Below are positions 53,501-63,243 of a stretch of 64,000 bases of DNA, in pieces. The notes under the pieces were generated by a model that ran no database searches, was not told the DNA's origin, and was given only the letters and a program-made list of their open reading frames with translations. This stretch comes from Nostoc sp. (GTDB lineage: Bacteria; Cyanobacteriota; Cyanobacteriia; Cyanobacteriales; Nostocaceae), in assembly GCA_036918135.1 (NCBI GenBank), contig JBALDB010000067.1, forward strand, positions 160,001-224,000. The letters are read 5' to 3'. Both the position numbers and the translations under genes were made by a program. Position 1 is the first letter of the stretch; the number at the start of each line of letters is the position of its first letter.

Positions 53501-55249
53501 AAAAAACTAAGTAATGGTGTTTATATAATTAATCCATACAGATGCGAAGACTACAATGCTTTATTTGAAGAATTAATATTATTAGGAAAAACTATCCAAA
53601 ATATTGTTTATTTATGGAGTATCGGTAATCTAGAAAATCGCCATACCGAGAATTATTTAGAATTCAAGAGTTTATTGTTGATAACGCAGAACTTTAGTAA
53701 GCTAAAAAATAGCCGGATAGAGGGTAGTAAGGTTAAGGGCGATCGCTTACAACTTTGGGTTATATCAAACAACATTCAAGAAGTCAATGGTAATGAAAAA
53801 CTAAACCCTCAAAAAGCAACAATATTAGGTTTATGTAAAGTTATTCCTCAGGAATATTCTAATATTATCTGTCGATGTATTGATGTTGCCTTAACAAATC
53901 ACCAAAGCTCTGAGGATAAATTTGGAAAAGAAGGAAATTATCACAGTAACATTATCGACCAACTTTTAAGCGAGTTCACAGCTCTATCATCAGACTTGGT
54001 AGTTGCTTATCGCGATTTATATCGTTGGGTACAAACATTTGAGCCAGTTCGCTTAGAGTCAAAAGTTGGAGAAAAAATACCGTTGAAAAAACACGGTATT
54101 TACCTGTTTTTTGGGGGATTAGAAAGTATTGAAATTACGCTTGCAGAATATTTAGCCAAATCTCTACAAGCACAACTAATATTTATCGAGGATTTAGATT
54201 TTCCAGAAAAGGATAATTTCTCGCAATGGCTCGAAGCTCACATCGAAGAAGATGAAGTGAGTTGCAAAATCAAAAAATTATTAGTATTGGAGGAATTAGG
54301 TACAAAAGTTTTAGTAATGCGTGTAGATATAAGTAATTCTCAGCAAATTTACCAGAGTCTTACACCTGAAAATATCGGTCAAATTGATGGGGTTATCTAT
54401 TCGACTCGAATCAAGCGCGAAGATATATTTAGTTTGATTTCAGAAATTGGTAATTTAGAGTTAGAAAAGTTATTTGAGTCTCAAAATCGTCAGATTACTG
54501 TATTAGAAAAAGTCTTAGAAAACAGAAAATTAGATTTTTGTGTTGTCTTTTCTTCTTTATCTTCTATTTTAGGAGGATTCGGATTAGGTTTATATTCAGC
54601 AGCTAATCATTTTATAGATACCTTTACTAACCAACATAACCGAACTCATTCTTGGCCGTGGTACAGTATAAATTGGGATAAATTACAGCTCAATCCCATC
54701 CAAGAGCAAAAAGTACTGCGAGGATCTGGGGTAGAATTAGCTATTACTCCAACAGAAACTATAGAAGTATTTAAACGAATATTTTCTTTAGATAAAGGAA
54801 CTCAGGTTGTTGTTTCCACAGTAGATTTAAAAGCTAGGCGCGAGCGTACATTTGACATAGACTCTCTACCAGATTCAAAATCTTCCTCTCAAATAAACTC
54901 ATCCTCACACTACTCTAGACCTAATCTTAGTAATTCTTATGTTGCTTCGACAAATGAGTTAGAAAAACAAATTACCCAAATATGGCAAGACGTACTTGGG
55001 ATTGCAGAAATTGGTATTTACGACAACTTCTATGAGTTAGGAGGAGACTCCCTGATTGCAACTCAACTAATTTCTCGATTGCGGGCAAACTTTCCAGTAG
55101 ATTTACCCCTGCGTGACCTTTTATTACAAGCCATGATGCCTATCAAGCAGGCAGAAATGATTGAGCAACTTCTGGTAGAAAAAATTGAAGAATTATCTGA
55201 AGAAGAGGTAGAAATGCTTTTAGCTAATCATGCATATATTGATATATAG
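50576..55249 (+). CDS. PKS module KS-AT(malonyl)-KR(inactive)-ACP
   Basis: TACSTS/HGTGT/NVGHP; GHSIG and HAFH. The KR NADPH motif has decayed to FFGGLESIE, and HAAG and PKVKG are lost. GGDSL carrier; acidic docking tail. Confidence 0.93.
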   Translation: MDSQQIHDSIKGIAVISIVGRFPEAKSVDEFWQHLCNGEETISSFNDEELKASGVDSATLNNPEYVKAGAHLSDIEMFDASFFDFSPKEAEIMDPQHRILLECAWEALETAGYAPGSEKELTGVYVGNFINDYWLSRLSVNPEIIESMGSLIELNNSHHYPATRISYKLNLKGPSINISTACSTSLVAVHLACQGLLNYECDLALAGGISIQSVQKQGYFYQEGGMTSPDGRCRAFDAKANGTIFSEGVGIVVLKRLEDALADGDCILAVIKGSAINNDGAAKVGYTAPSVGGQASVIAEAQAIAGFNPETITYIETHGTGTSLGDPIEISALKKVFESRTKKNGFCAIGSVKPNVGHPNIAAGVTSLIKTVMALKHGLIPPSLHFEHPNPEIDFANSPFYVNTKLLEWKTNGIPKRAGVSSFGIGGTNAHVILEEAPVIEASSSSRPWQLLVLSAKTSSALETLTAQLCTHLQQNPDILLPDIAHTLQVGRRAFDYRRFIVCDRQEDAIKLLNNQDPIGVFSHHRKPGHCPVIFMFSGQGAQYANMAEELYEIEPTFKKHVDACTLILQPYLGLDIRSLLYPKKKDTETASKQLQQTALTQPALFVIEYALAQLLMSWGVLPEAMIGHSIGEYVAATIAGVFSLEDALKIVAKRGELMQQLPSGSMLAIKLPEKDVQLLLESETLYKNYLQIAAINSPSSCVVSGTNEAVTRLQNQLSSQEVESRLLHTSHAFHSQMMSPILEAFIEAIKKVKLNPPRIRFISNVTGSWITDAQATNPNYWSQHLRQTVKFSDGISLLLKQFEGVFLEVGPGRTLSTITIQHLNINAKQQVLSSLRHVKDQQSDVNFLLQTLGRLWLFGVEIDWSGFYAHEQRHRLPLPTYPFERQRYWIDAKSPSPSLNSKSAKLDCKQDIADWFYVPSWKRSLLRNSSSAQIESTQDDWLFFLDELGIGEKLINALINQGKNVITVKQGEQFKKLSNGVYIINPYRCEDYNALFEELILLGKTIQNIVYLWSIGNLENRHTENYLEFKSLLLITQNFSKLKNSRIEGSKVKGDRLQLWVISNNIQEVNGNEKLNPQKATILGLCKVIPQEYSNIICRCIDVALTNHQSSEDKFGKEGNYHSNIIDQLLSEFTALSSDLVVAYRDLYRWVQTFEPVRLESKVGEKIPLKKHGIYLFFGGLESIEITLAEYLAKSLQAQLIFIEDLDFPEKDNFSQWLEAHIEEDEVSCKIKKLLVLEELGTKVLVMRVDISNSQQIYQSLTPENIGQIDGVIYSTRIKREDIFSLISEIGNLELEKLFESQNRQITVLEKVLENRKLDFCVVFSSLSSILGGFGLGLYSAANHFIDTFTNQHNRTHSWPWYSINWDKLQLNPIQEQKVLRGSGVELAITPTETIEVFKRIFSLDKGTQVVVSTVDLKARRERTFDIDSLPDSKSSSQINSSSHYSRPNLSNSYVASTNELEKQITQIWQDVLGIAEIGIYDNFYELGGDSLIATQLISRLRANFPVDLPLRDLLLQAMMPIKQAEMIEQLLVEKIEELSEEEVEMLLANHAYIDI

Positions 55250-55364
55250 AGACTTTAAAAAGTAACGTAATTTTATTTTACTCATTATTAAAAACATTAT
55301 TTAAACTATAAATTTGGCAAAAAAATAATTGTAAATATTTACTTATAAATAGGAAAAATTGTTT

Positions 55365-56132
55365 ATGTCTGTAGCAACTAATTCTCTTATATCTTCAGTT
55401 AGCAATCTTCCAAATTATGAACCAATTGCTCGCTTACAGAACGAATTCAAGAATAGAGATGAATTTATAGTAGACGGTGTAATACCTTTTTTAGAGCAAA
55501 TATTATTTCCATATATTTCTAAAGAAGCGCGTATTCTCGACCTTGGTTGTGGTTGTGGACATTTAGTGCAACAGCTTCACCTGAAAGGGTATCAAATGAC
55601 TGGAATTGATGCATCTGAAGGATTATTGCATTATGCTCGAACAAACGCACCTGAGAGTGAATTCATCTTTGGTGATATACGCAACTTTGAGTTGCCACTT
55701 ACCTTCAATGCTATTATTTCAATCGATGTTTTACTTTTCATTCTTAATAATGAAGACTTGACAGCTATCTTCCGAAATGTATATGCAGCACTAGAGAACA
55801 AGGGTCTGTTCGTGTTTTCGATACCATTAATAGAATTGATGCATAAGCAGACTGAAGAGGGTTCTTTCAATCATATCTATGTCAATGATGAATGTGCTTT
55901 TATTGAATTATTTAACTACAATCCGGAAAAAAAGATGTGGAAAATTGAAGTTACCGGATTTGAATTAGTAGAAAAAACTTGGAAGCGTTCAGACACTACT
56001 TGGCTGAGAAAGGATCACTTATTCACAGATGTCCAATCGGCTTTAGAAAATGTGGGCTTCACAGAAATTAGTCATCTTGATGCTGGCGGGCTAGGAGGTA
56101 GCGCTTGCTTTGTTTGTCATAAACATGTCTAG
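55365..56132 (+). CDS. Class I SAM-dependent methyltransferase
   Basis: RILDLGCGCG, TGIDAS, GDIRNF. ATG at 55365 follows an AGGA RBS. Confidence 0.88.
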   Translation: MSVATNSLISSVSNLPNYEPIARLQNEFKNRDEFIVDGVIPFLEQILFPYISKEARILDLGCGCGHLVQQLHLKGYQMTGIDASEGLLHYARTNAPESEFIFGDIRNFELPLTFNAIISIDVLLFILNNEDLTAIFRNVYAALENKGLFVFSIPLIELMHKQTEEGSFNHIYVNDECAFIELFNYNPEKKMWKIEVTGFELVEKTWKRSDTTWLRKDHLFTDVQSALENVGFTEISHLDAGGLGGSACFVCHKHV

Positions 56133-56271
56133 TACGATAGTAAAATAACAGAGTTTTTGGTCTTCGTGGAAATCCCCTTTTCAACAATGAGATTACCGTA
56201 GTTTAATTATAATTATCTAGTTAAAAAAAGTAAGTGTTTGCAAGTTGTGATTCTTGAGATAACTTTTAATA

Positions 56272-59200
56272 ATGGATAAACAACACTCTAATTTATCACC
56301 AGCAAAAAAAGCTCTTTTAGAAAAATGGAAGGGAGGAAAATTTAAAGCTGATACTATTCCCAAACGTCAAATCACTGAGAGTATTCCTTTATCTTTCTCT
56401 CAACAAAGACTATGGTTTATTGACCAACTTTATCATGGAAGTTCTTTTTATAATATTCCTATCGTTTTTCAAATCAAAGGACAGCTTAGTATCACAGCAC
56501 TTGAGCAAAGTCTGAATAAAATTCTTCAGCGTCATGAAGTTTGGCGCACAACTTTTAAACTTGTAAATGGAGAGCCAATACAGGAGATTGTACCCCAATT
56601 AACTTGGGATTTACCCATTATAAATCTTGAGCATTTGTCTGGTAAAGATTGGGAAGGAGAAGTTAAACAACTTGTAGCCAAAGAAGCAACAAAACCGTTT
56701 AATTTAGCTAAAGGACTTTTAGTTAGAGCGATTTTACTTCGCTTAAGTGAAGAAGAACATGTTTTGCTTGTGACCATGCACCACATTATCACTGATGGAT
56801 GGTCTTGCGGTGTGTTCCTGCGCGAGTTGTCAACGCTATACGCTGCTTTCTCGACAAATCAACCTTCCCCCTTACCCGAACTCCCGATTCAGTATGCAGA
56901 TTTTACAATTTGGCAGCGCGATCGCATTCAAGGTAAATTTTTAGCAACCCAATTAAATTATTGGAAACAACAACTCAAAGGTGAACTACCTGTACTACAA
57001 TTACCTACAGACTATCTACGACCTCATGTTACTACTTTTACTGGTGCTAAGCAATACTTTACATTCTCTAAAGCTCTGACTGATGCATTAAGACAATTAA
57101 GCCAGCAAGCAGATGCTACTTTATTTATGAGTTTGCTGGCTGCATTTAATATTTTACTATACCGCTACACAGACCAAGAAGATATCTTAATTGGTTCTCC
57201 AATTGCCAACCGCAACCGCACCGAATTAGAAGGAATGCTGGGATTATTTGTTAATACTTTGGTATTACGTAATAACCTCAGTGGTAATCCTAGTTTTTAC
57301 GAACTTTTACATCGAGTTCGTGAGGTGACTCTCGATGCTTATGCACATCAAGATTTACCTTTCGAGATGCTTGTAGAAGAATTACAACCCGAACGAGACT
57401 TAAGTCGAAATCCACTTTATGAAGTCATGTTTGTCCTGCAAAACAGTCCGGTATCTGTGCAGGAGGTTTCTGGTTTAACCTTGCGTACTTTAGACTTTGA
57501 TAGCGGTACAGCTCAACTAGATATTTTCCTGTCGATGTTTGAATCCCAAGAGGGATTAACAGGATGTTTGGAGTACAATACAAATATTTTTGATTCAACA
57601 ACTATTAGCCAATTTATTTGTCATTTCCAGACTTTATTAGAAAGTATCATTGCTAATCCAGAGCAACACATCTGTGAATTATCACTTTTAACTGCTTTTG
57701 ATAGAGAACAATTATTATTTAAATTTAATCAAACTATTGCAGATTATCAAGATGTACCTTTGCATCAATTATTTGAGCACCAAGTTGAACTAACACCTGA
57801 CTTTTTGGCATTAATTCATCAGTCACAAGAACTAACTTATCGTCAACTTAACCACAGAGCTAATCAACTTGCACATTATTTAGAAAAACAGGGTGTAACA
57901 ACAGAAACCCTGGTTGCTATATGTCTAGAACGTTCTCTAGATATGGTAGTGGGAATTTTAGCTGTCCTCAAAGCTGGCGGAGCCTATATTCCTCTCGATC
58001 CAAGTTATCCAGTTGAGCGTTTAAGTTTTATGCTCTCTGATTCTCAAGCATCGATATTAATTAGCCAACAGGAAATATTAGAAAAACTCTTATTATCTTC
58101 AGCTAAAACTGTTTGCTTGGATATCCATAAAGACAAAATTGCTCAAGAAAGTCAAGAAAATCCGATTAGCAAATCACAAGCTGATAATCTTGCTTATATT
58201 ATCTATACCTCTGGCTCAACTGGAACTCCTAAAGGCGTTCTTGGCACCCATCGCGGTACACTAAACGGCTTACACTGGTTATGGAAAACTTATCCTTTCA
58301 CTCCAGAAGAAGTTTGTTGTCAGAAAACAGCTATTAGTTTTGTAGACTCTGTATGGGAAATTTTTGCTCCTTTACTTCAAGGAATTCCTACAGTAATTAT
58401 CAGCAATCAAACTCTACTAGACCCGCAGCTATTTATCGAAGCTTTGGCACATTATCAAGTTACCCGGATTATACTTGTACCCTCACTACTGCATTTATTT
58501 TTAGATAATTATCATTATTTAACTAAGAAATTATCACAATTAAAACTTTGGATAACTAGCGGGGAAGCACTATCTACTAACTTAGCTAAAACTTTTCGAG
58601 AATTGATGCCATTTGCAAAACTAATTAATCTTTACGGCTCATCGGAAGTTTCTGCCAACACTACTTACTACGATTCCAGTTTATTACAAGACCAAGCCAA
58701 TAGTGTCCCTATCGGTCGTCCTATTGACAATACTCAAATCTATGTCTTAAATCGCCATTTACAACTAACACCTGTAGGAGTTGTTGGAGAACTTTATGTT
58801 GGTGGTGACGGATTGGCAAGGGGTTATTTGCATCGTCCAGAATTGACTCAAGAAAGATTTATTGATAACCCTTTTATTAAAGGAACTAAACTTTACAAAA
58901 CAGGTGATTTAGCACGCTATCTCATAGATGGTAATTTAGAATATTTGGGTCGCCGTGATGAACAAGTAAAAATTCGAGGATTCCGAGTAGAATTAGGTGA
59001 AATTGCAACTGCGATCGCTCAACATCCAGATGTGCAAGAATCTGTTGTGATTGCCAGCAATGATACTCAAGAAAATCAGCGTTTGATTGCCTATGTCGTC
59101 ACAGATAAGCAGGATATAGCTGCACAACTATTGCCAGATTTGCAACAGAAGTTACCTAGTTATATGTTACCATCTGCCTTTGTAGTATTAAATGCGCTCC

Positions 59201-60366
59201 CACTAACACCTAATGGCAAAGTAGATAAACGTTCTCTGACTATAAATCAAGTTATCCGACCCAATACTACGCAATCCTTCGTTGCTCCTCGTAATTTTAC
59301 AGAATTATCATTAGTAAAACTTTGGGAAAAGCTTCTAGATACTAATCCTATCGGGGTAACAGATAACTTCTTCGACTTGGGTGGTCATTCATTTTTAGCT
59401 GTACGCTTAATCGCTCAAATTCATGACAGATTTGAGCATAATCTTACTCTATCTACTCTTTTTGAAAACCCAACAATTGAAAAACTAGCAGCCATCGTTA
59501 GTCAGCCATCACGCTATAGTTCTAATTCTCCTTTAGTAGCAATTAACTCCAATGGTGACAAGATACCTTTCTTCTGTATGCATGGTGCTGGGGGAGGCAT
59601 TAATAACTACTTTATATTGTCTAGGAGACTTGGTGAGGACTATCCATTTTATGCCTTAGAACATAACCCAGAGCAAGACCTACCTGAAATTATTTCAGTC
59701 GAGGAAACTGCAACTCGCTACCTCAAAGAAATTCGTCGAGTACAACCAAATGGCCCTTATCTTTTAGGTGGTCATTGTTACGGTGGTGTAATTGCTTTTG
59801 AAATGGCGCAGCAATTACAAAAGCAAGGTCAAACAGTAGGTTTATTAGTTATTATCGATACCATCCTATCAGAAATACGTATTGAATCTACAAAAGATGA
59901 TGATGCAAAATTCTTACTCAGGATGGCAGAATCGATAAAAACCAACAACAATATAGATTTTTCAATTCCTTTTGAGGAACTTCGAGTTTTATCACTAAAT
60001 GAGCAATTTCATTTAGTAAATCAAAAAGCAAACTTTATCTTTAGTGATACAGAGGTTGAAGATTTTTTTCATTATTACAAACTTTTCAAAGCACATGTTC
60101 AAGCCATGCGAAATTATATTCCCCAAGTTTATTCTCAATCTATAACTCTGTTTCGAGCTAAGGAGGAGATTATTCATGACTTTGACAATCCAGAATGGAG
60201 TACTGATGACCCATTATTAGGCTGGGGTAAATATTATAGTCAACCTATTCAAGTAATTGAAGTTCCTGGCGATCATTTCTCGATATTCGTTGACCCTCAT
60301 ATTCAAGAATTAGCTAAACATCTGAGAAATTGTATCGATAATGCTGTGTGCAAACTAAATAGTTGA
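56272..60366 (+). CDS. Terminal NRPS C-A[beta-Ala]-T-TE (Cys nucleophile)
   Basis: C HHIITDGWS; A4 reads FVDSVWE, code VDWIISLANK (beta-Ala-type); T GGHSFL; TE GHCYG...IIDT...PGDHF. Confidence 0.93.
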   Translation: MDKQHSNLSPAKKALLEKWKGGKFKADTIPKRQITESIPLSFSQQRLWFIDQLYHGSSFYNIPIVFQIKGQLSITALEQSLNKILQRHEVWRTTFKLVNGEPIQEIVPQLTWDLPIINLEHLSGKDWEGEVKQLVAKEATKPFNLAKGLLVRAILLRLSEEEHVLLVTMHHIITDGWSCGVFLRELSTLYAAFSTNQPSPLPELPIQYADFTIWQRDRIQGKFLATQLNYWKQQLKGELPVLQLPTDYLRPHVTTFTGAKQYFTFSKALTDALRQLSQQADATLFMSLLAAFNILLYRYTDQEDILIGSPIANRNRTELEGMLGLFVNTLVLRNNLSGNPSFYELLHRVREVTLDAYAHQDLPFEMLVEELQPERDLSRNPLYEVMFVLQNSPVSVQEVSGLTLRTLDFDSGTAQLDIFLSMFESQEGLTGCLEYNTNIFDSTTISQFICHFQTLLESIIANPEQHICELSLLTAFDREQLLFKFNQTIADYQDVPLHQLFEHQVELTPDFLALIHQSQELTYRQLNHRANQLAHYLEKQGVTTETLVAICLERSLDMVVGILAVLKAGGAYIPLDPSYPVERLSFMLSDSQASILISQQEILEKLLLSSAKTVCLDIHKDKIAQESQENPISKSQADNLAYIIYTSGSTGTPKGVLGTHRGTLNGLHWLWKTYPFTPEEVCCQKTAISFVDSVWEIFAPLLQGIPTVIISNQTLLDPQLFIEALAHYQVTRIILVPSLLHLFLDNYHYLTKKLSQLKLWITSGEALSTNLAKTFRELMPFAKLINLYGSSEVSANTTYYDSSLLQDQANSVPIGRPIDNTQIYVLNRHLQLTPVGVVGELYVGGDGLARGYLHRPELTQERFIDNPFIKGTKLYKTGDLARYLIDGNLEYLGRRDEQVKIRGFRVELGEIATAIAQHPDVQESVVIASNDTQENQRLIAYVVTDKQDIAAQLLPDLQQKLPSYMLPSAFVVLNALPLTPNGKVDKRSLTINQVIRPNTTQSFVAPRNFTELSLVKLWEKLLDTNPIGVTDNFFDLGGHSFLAVRLIAQIHDRFEHNLTLSTLFENPTIEKLAAIVSQPSRYSSNSPLVAINSNGDKIPFFCMHGAGGGINNYFILSRRLGEDYPFYALEHNPEQDLPEIISVEETATRYLKEIRRVQPNGPYLLGGHCYGGVIAFEMAQQLQKQGQTVGLLVIIDTILSEIRIESTKDDDAKFLLRMAESIKTNNNIDFSIPFEELRVLSLNEQFHLVNQKANFIFSDTEVEDFFHYYKLFKAHVQAMRNYIPQVYSQSITLFRAKEEIIHDFDNPEWSTDDPLLGWGKYYSQPIQVIEVPGDHFSIFVDPHIQELAKHLRNCIDNAVCKLNS

Positions 60367-61760
60367 TGGGAGTACAAAAGCTGATGAAATTACCCCCAGG
60401 GCCGAAAACTCCTTCTTGGTTGATAGGTCTGCAATTCGAGATCGATCCTTTTGGCTATATGGACGCTATTTCTAAACGTTATGGTGATATCGTCACTTTA
60501 ATGTTTGGTTCTACACCAATTGTTTATATCAATAATCCCTTAGGAATAAAGGAAATTTTCACAAATACCAAGGAAATTGCTGCTAGGGGTGAGTTGAACC
60601 AAGATTTCGCTTTGATGACAGGAAATCAAGGAGTTTTGCAACTTGATGGCTTAATTCATAAAAATCGGCGTAAGCTGTTAATGCAATCTTTTCACGGAGC
60701 GCGAATGCAAGCTTGTGGGCGGCGTATTTGTGAACTCACAGAAAAGATGATGAATAAACAAGTGATTGGAAAACCTTTTGTTGCCTACCCAACAATTGAA
60801 GATATCACCTTACGAGTGGGTATAGAAGTTGTAATGGGTTTGGATAAAGGTGAGCGCTGTGAGAAAATCAAACAATTATTTGTATATGCGCTCAGAATCG
60901 GACAGTCTCTTAGAGATAAGATTCTGGTGAATATTTTTGGACAACGGAATTTAGGTCAATGGAGTCCAGAGGGGTATCGTCTTCACTTGAGACGAGAACT
61001 TTTTCAATTGCTATCGGCTGAGGTTAAAGAACGGCGATTGCAAGCAGATTTTTCCCGCTCTGATATGCTCTCGGATCTAATTTTTGCTTGTGATGAAACA
61101 GGCGAAACATTAAGTGATGAAGAGGTGCGTGACCTGTTATTATCGCCGATATTTGCGGCTGGTGATGCTTCTGGAACTGCAATTACTTGGGCATTATATT
61201 GGATTCACCGTTTGAAAGATGTTCGCTCGCGCCTGCTATCAGAACTCGATAGCCTTGGTGAAAATCCAGACCCGATGAGTATTGTCGCATTACCTTACCT
61301 AAATGCTGTTTGTAATGAAGCTTTGCGAATTTACCCGACTCAGTTGTTTGCATTTCCCAGGTTGGTAGAATCGACCGTTGAGGTCATGGGTTACCAGTTG
61401 AATCCTGGTACAATACTTATTGCAAATATTTATTCCACACACCAACGCGAAGATTTATACCCTGCTGCAAAAGAATTTAATCCAGAGCGCTTTTTAGAAA
61501 AACAATTTTCTCCCTATGAATTTTTGCCATTTGGCGGCGGTTCTCGTGTGTGTATCGGCGGAACTTTTGCCTTATTTGAAATGAAACTTATATTAGCAAC
61601 TATTCTTTCACGTTATCAATTAGAGCTAGTTAGTAAGCGTCCAGAACGTCCCAAATATGGAGGTCTGATTTGTTACCCAGCTAGCGGCGTCAAGATGCTC
61701 ATGCGTGGTCGGCGTCAACATCAAGAACAGTCGCAGACTTTCGCTGTCGGTTCAGTTTAA
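60366..61760 (+). CDS. Cytochrome P450 (CYP110-like)
   Basis: LPPGP N-terminus, EALR, PERF, FGGGSRVCIG heme motif. The ATG overlaps the upstream TGA (TGATG); alternative start 60384. Confidence 0.94.
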   Translation: MGVQKLMKLPPGPKTPSWLIGLQFEIDPFGYMDAISKRYGDIVTLMFGSTPIVYINNPLGIKEIFTNTKEIAARGELNQDFALMTGNQGVLQLDGLIHKNRRKLLMQSFHGARMQACGRRICELTEKMMNKQVIGKPFVAYPTIEDITLRVGIEVVMGLDKGERCEKIKQLFVYALRIGQSLRDKILVNIFGQRNLGQWSPEGYRLHLRRELFQLLSAEVKERRLQADFSRSDMLSDLIFACDETGETLSDEEVRDLLLSPIFAAGDASGTAITWALYWIHRLKDVRSRLLSELDSLGENPDPMSIVALPYLNAVCNEALRIYPTQLFAFPRLVESTVEVMGYQLNPGTILIANIYSTHQREDLYPAAKEFNPERFLEKQFSPYEFLPFGGGSRVCIGGTFALFEMKLILATILSRYQLELVSKRPERPKYGGLICYPASGVKMLMRGRRQHQEQSQTFAVGSV

Positions 61761-61797
61761 CACCTATCAAAAACTTAATTTTTATAAAAAAATACTA

Positions 61798-63180
61798 ATG
61801 AAACTACCAGATGGCCCAAAAACTTCTCCCCGATCGCTCGCTGATGAATTTAAGACCAATCCCCTTGGATTCATGGATGCTATGGGCGATCGCTATGGTG
61901 ATATTTTCACTATTATGGCTGGTTCTACACCTTTAGTGATAGTCAGCAATCCAGAGGGGATAAAGCAGATTTTTACCAGTGCTAAAGAGATTACAGCTTC
62001 TGGTAAGTTGAACCAAGGCGGTGCGCCACTAGTGGGAAACAACGGGTTACTGATGCTTGACGGCTTGCGCCACAAACATCGCCGTCAGTTGTTGATGCCT
62101 CCTTTGCACGGAACTCGCATCAAAGTATATGGGCAACGCATCTGTCAAGTAACAGATCGAGTCATCAACGATTTGGTGCTAGGGGAAACTTTTATTGCTT
62201 ACTCTACTGTACAAAAAATTACCCTAGAGGTAATACTGCAAGCTTTGTTTGGTTTGTACGCAGGAGAGCGTTACGAACAATTTAAGCAAATACTTTCCAA
62301 GTTACTCATTTTTGCCCGGTCTCCCTGGCTGGGGTTATCTCTGGCTTATCCCTTTCTCCGAAAAGATTTAGGGCGTTGGACTCCTTGGGGATATTGGCTT
62401 CATCTCCAACAACAATTTGACAAACTACTCTATGCTGAAATTAGCGAACGCCGAGCAAAAGTAGATCCAACTCGCACCGATGTCCTCTCTGAACTACTCT
62501 TTGCTCGTGATGAAACAGGTCAACCAATGACCAACGAGGATATACGCGATTTGTTTCCCTCATTACTATTAGGTGGTCAAGATGCCTCAGCCACCGCCAT
62601 AACTTGGTCATTGTACTGGGTTCACCATTCAAAAGATGTCCGCGAACGATTGCTGGCAGAACTTGATACTCTTGGTGAATCTCCAGATCCGATGGCTATT
62701 GCTGCGCTACCCTACCTCAGTGCTGTTTGTAATGAAGCACTGCGAATTTACCCAACTCAAGTAGTCACTTTTCCCAGATTAATAGAATCACCAATTGAAG
62801 TAATGGGCTATGAATTGAGTCCAGGTACAGTCATTAGAGGCTGTATTTATCTGACACATCAGCGTCAGGACTTATACCCACAACCACAGGAATTCAAACC
62901 AGAACGGTTTCTGGAGCGACAATACTCTCCCTATGAATTTCTACCATTCGGGGGCGGCGCTCGCCGCTGTCCGGGCGAGGTGTTAGCACTTTTTGAAATG
63001 AAGTTAGTTTTAGCAACAATTCTCTGTCGCTATCAACTAGCACTAGCTGATGAACAAAGAGCAGAAAAACCCAAGGCTATAGGTGTTAACTATCCCCCTG
63101 CGAGTGGCTTAAAAATGGTAATGCTTGGTAAACGCCAGCGCCCAGCAAAGCCACAGCAGTTCGTTGCTAATTCAGCATAA
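61798..63180 (+). CDS. Cytochrome P450 (CYP110-like), paralogue of the upstream P450
   Basis: Start MKLPDGPKT chosen by homology to the neighbour; EALR, PERF, FGGGARRCPG. Confidence 0.94.
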   Translation: MKLPDGPKTSPRSLADEFKTNPLGFMDAMGDRYGDIFTIMAGSTPLVIVSNPEGIKQIFTSAKEITASGKLNQGGAPLVGNNGLLMLDGLRHKHRRQLLMPPLHGTRIKVYGQRICQVTDRVINDLVLGETFIAYSTVQKITLEVILQALFGLYAGERYEQFKQILSKLLIFARSPWLGLSLAYPFLRKDLGRWTPWGYWLHLQQQFDKLLYAEISERRAKVDPTRTDVLSELLFARDETGQPMTNEDIRDLFPSLLLGGQDASATAITWSLYWVHHSKDVRERLLAELDTLGESPDPMAIAALPYLSAVCNEALRIYPTQVVTFPRLIESPIEVMGYELSPGTVIRGCIYLTHQRQDLYPQPQEFKPERFLERQYSPYEFLPFGGGARRCPGEVLALFEMKLVLATILCRYQLALADEQRAEKPKAIGVNYPPASGLKMVMLGKRQRPAKPQQFVANSA

Positions 63181-63243
63181 AATACGTTTCGTTTTGCAGT
63201 AAGTAGTTAGAATGTCAATCCTAAAAAATAGCAAATAAAAACC

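Noticed and set aside
56272..58760. Terminal A domain inactive because the conserved Asp235 is replaced by Val
   Set aside because: The shifted VD pattern is the known signature of beta-alanine-activating domains, and the other core motifs including the A10 Lys are intact.
61705..61797. N-terminal extension of the second P450 in the ORF track
   Set aside because: It overlaps the upstream gene. Homology to the neighbouring P450 places the start at ATG 61798.
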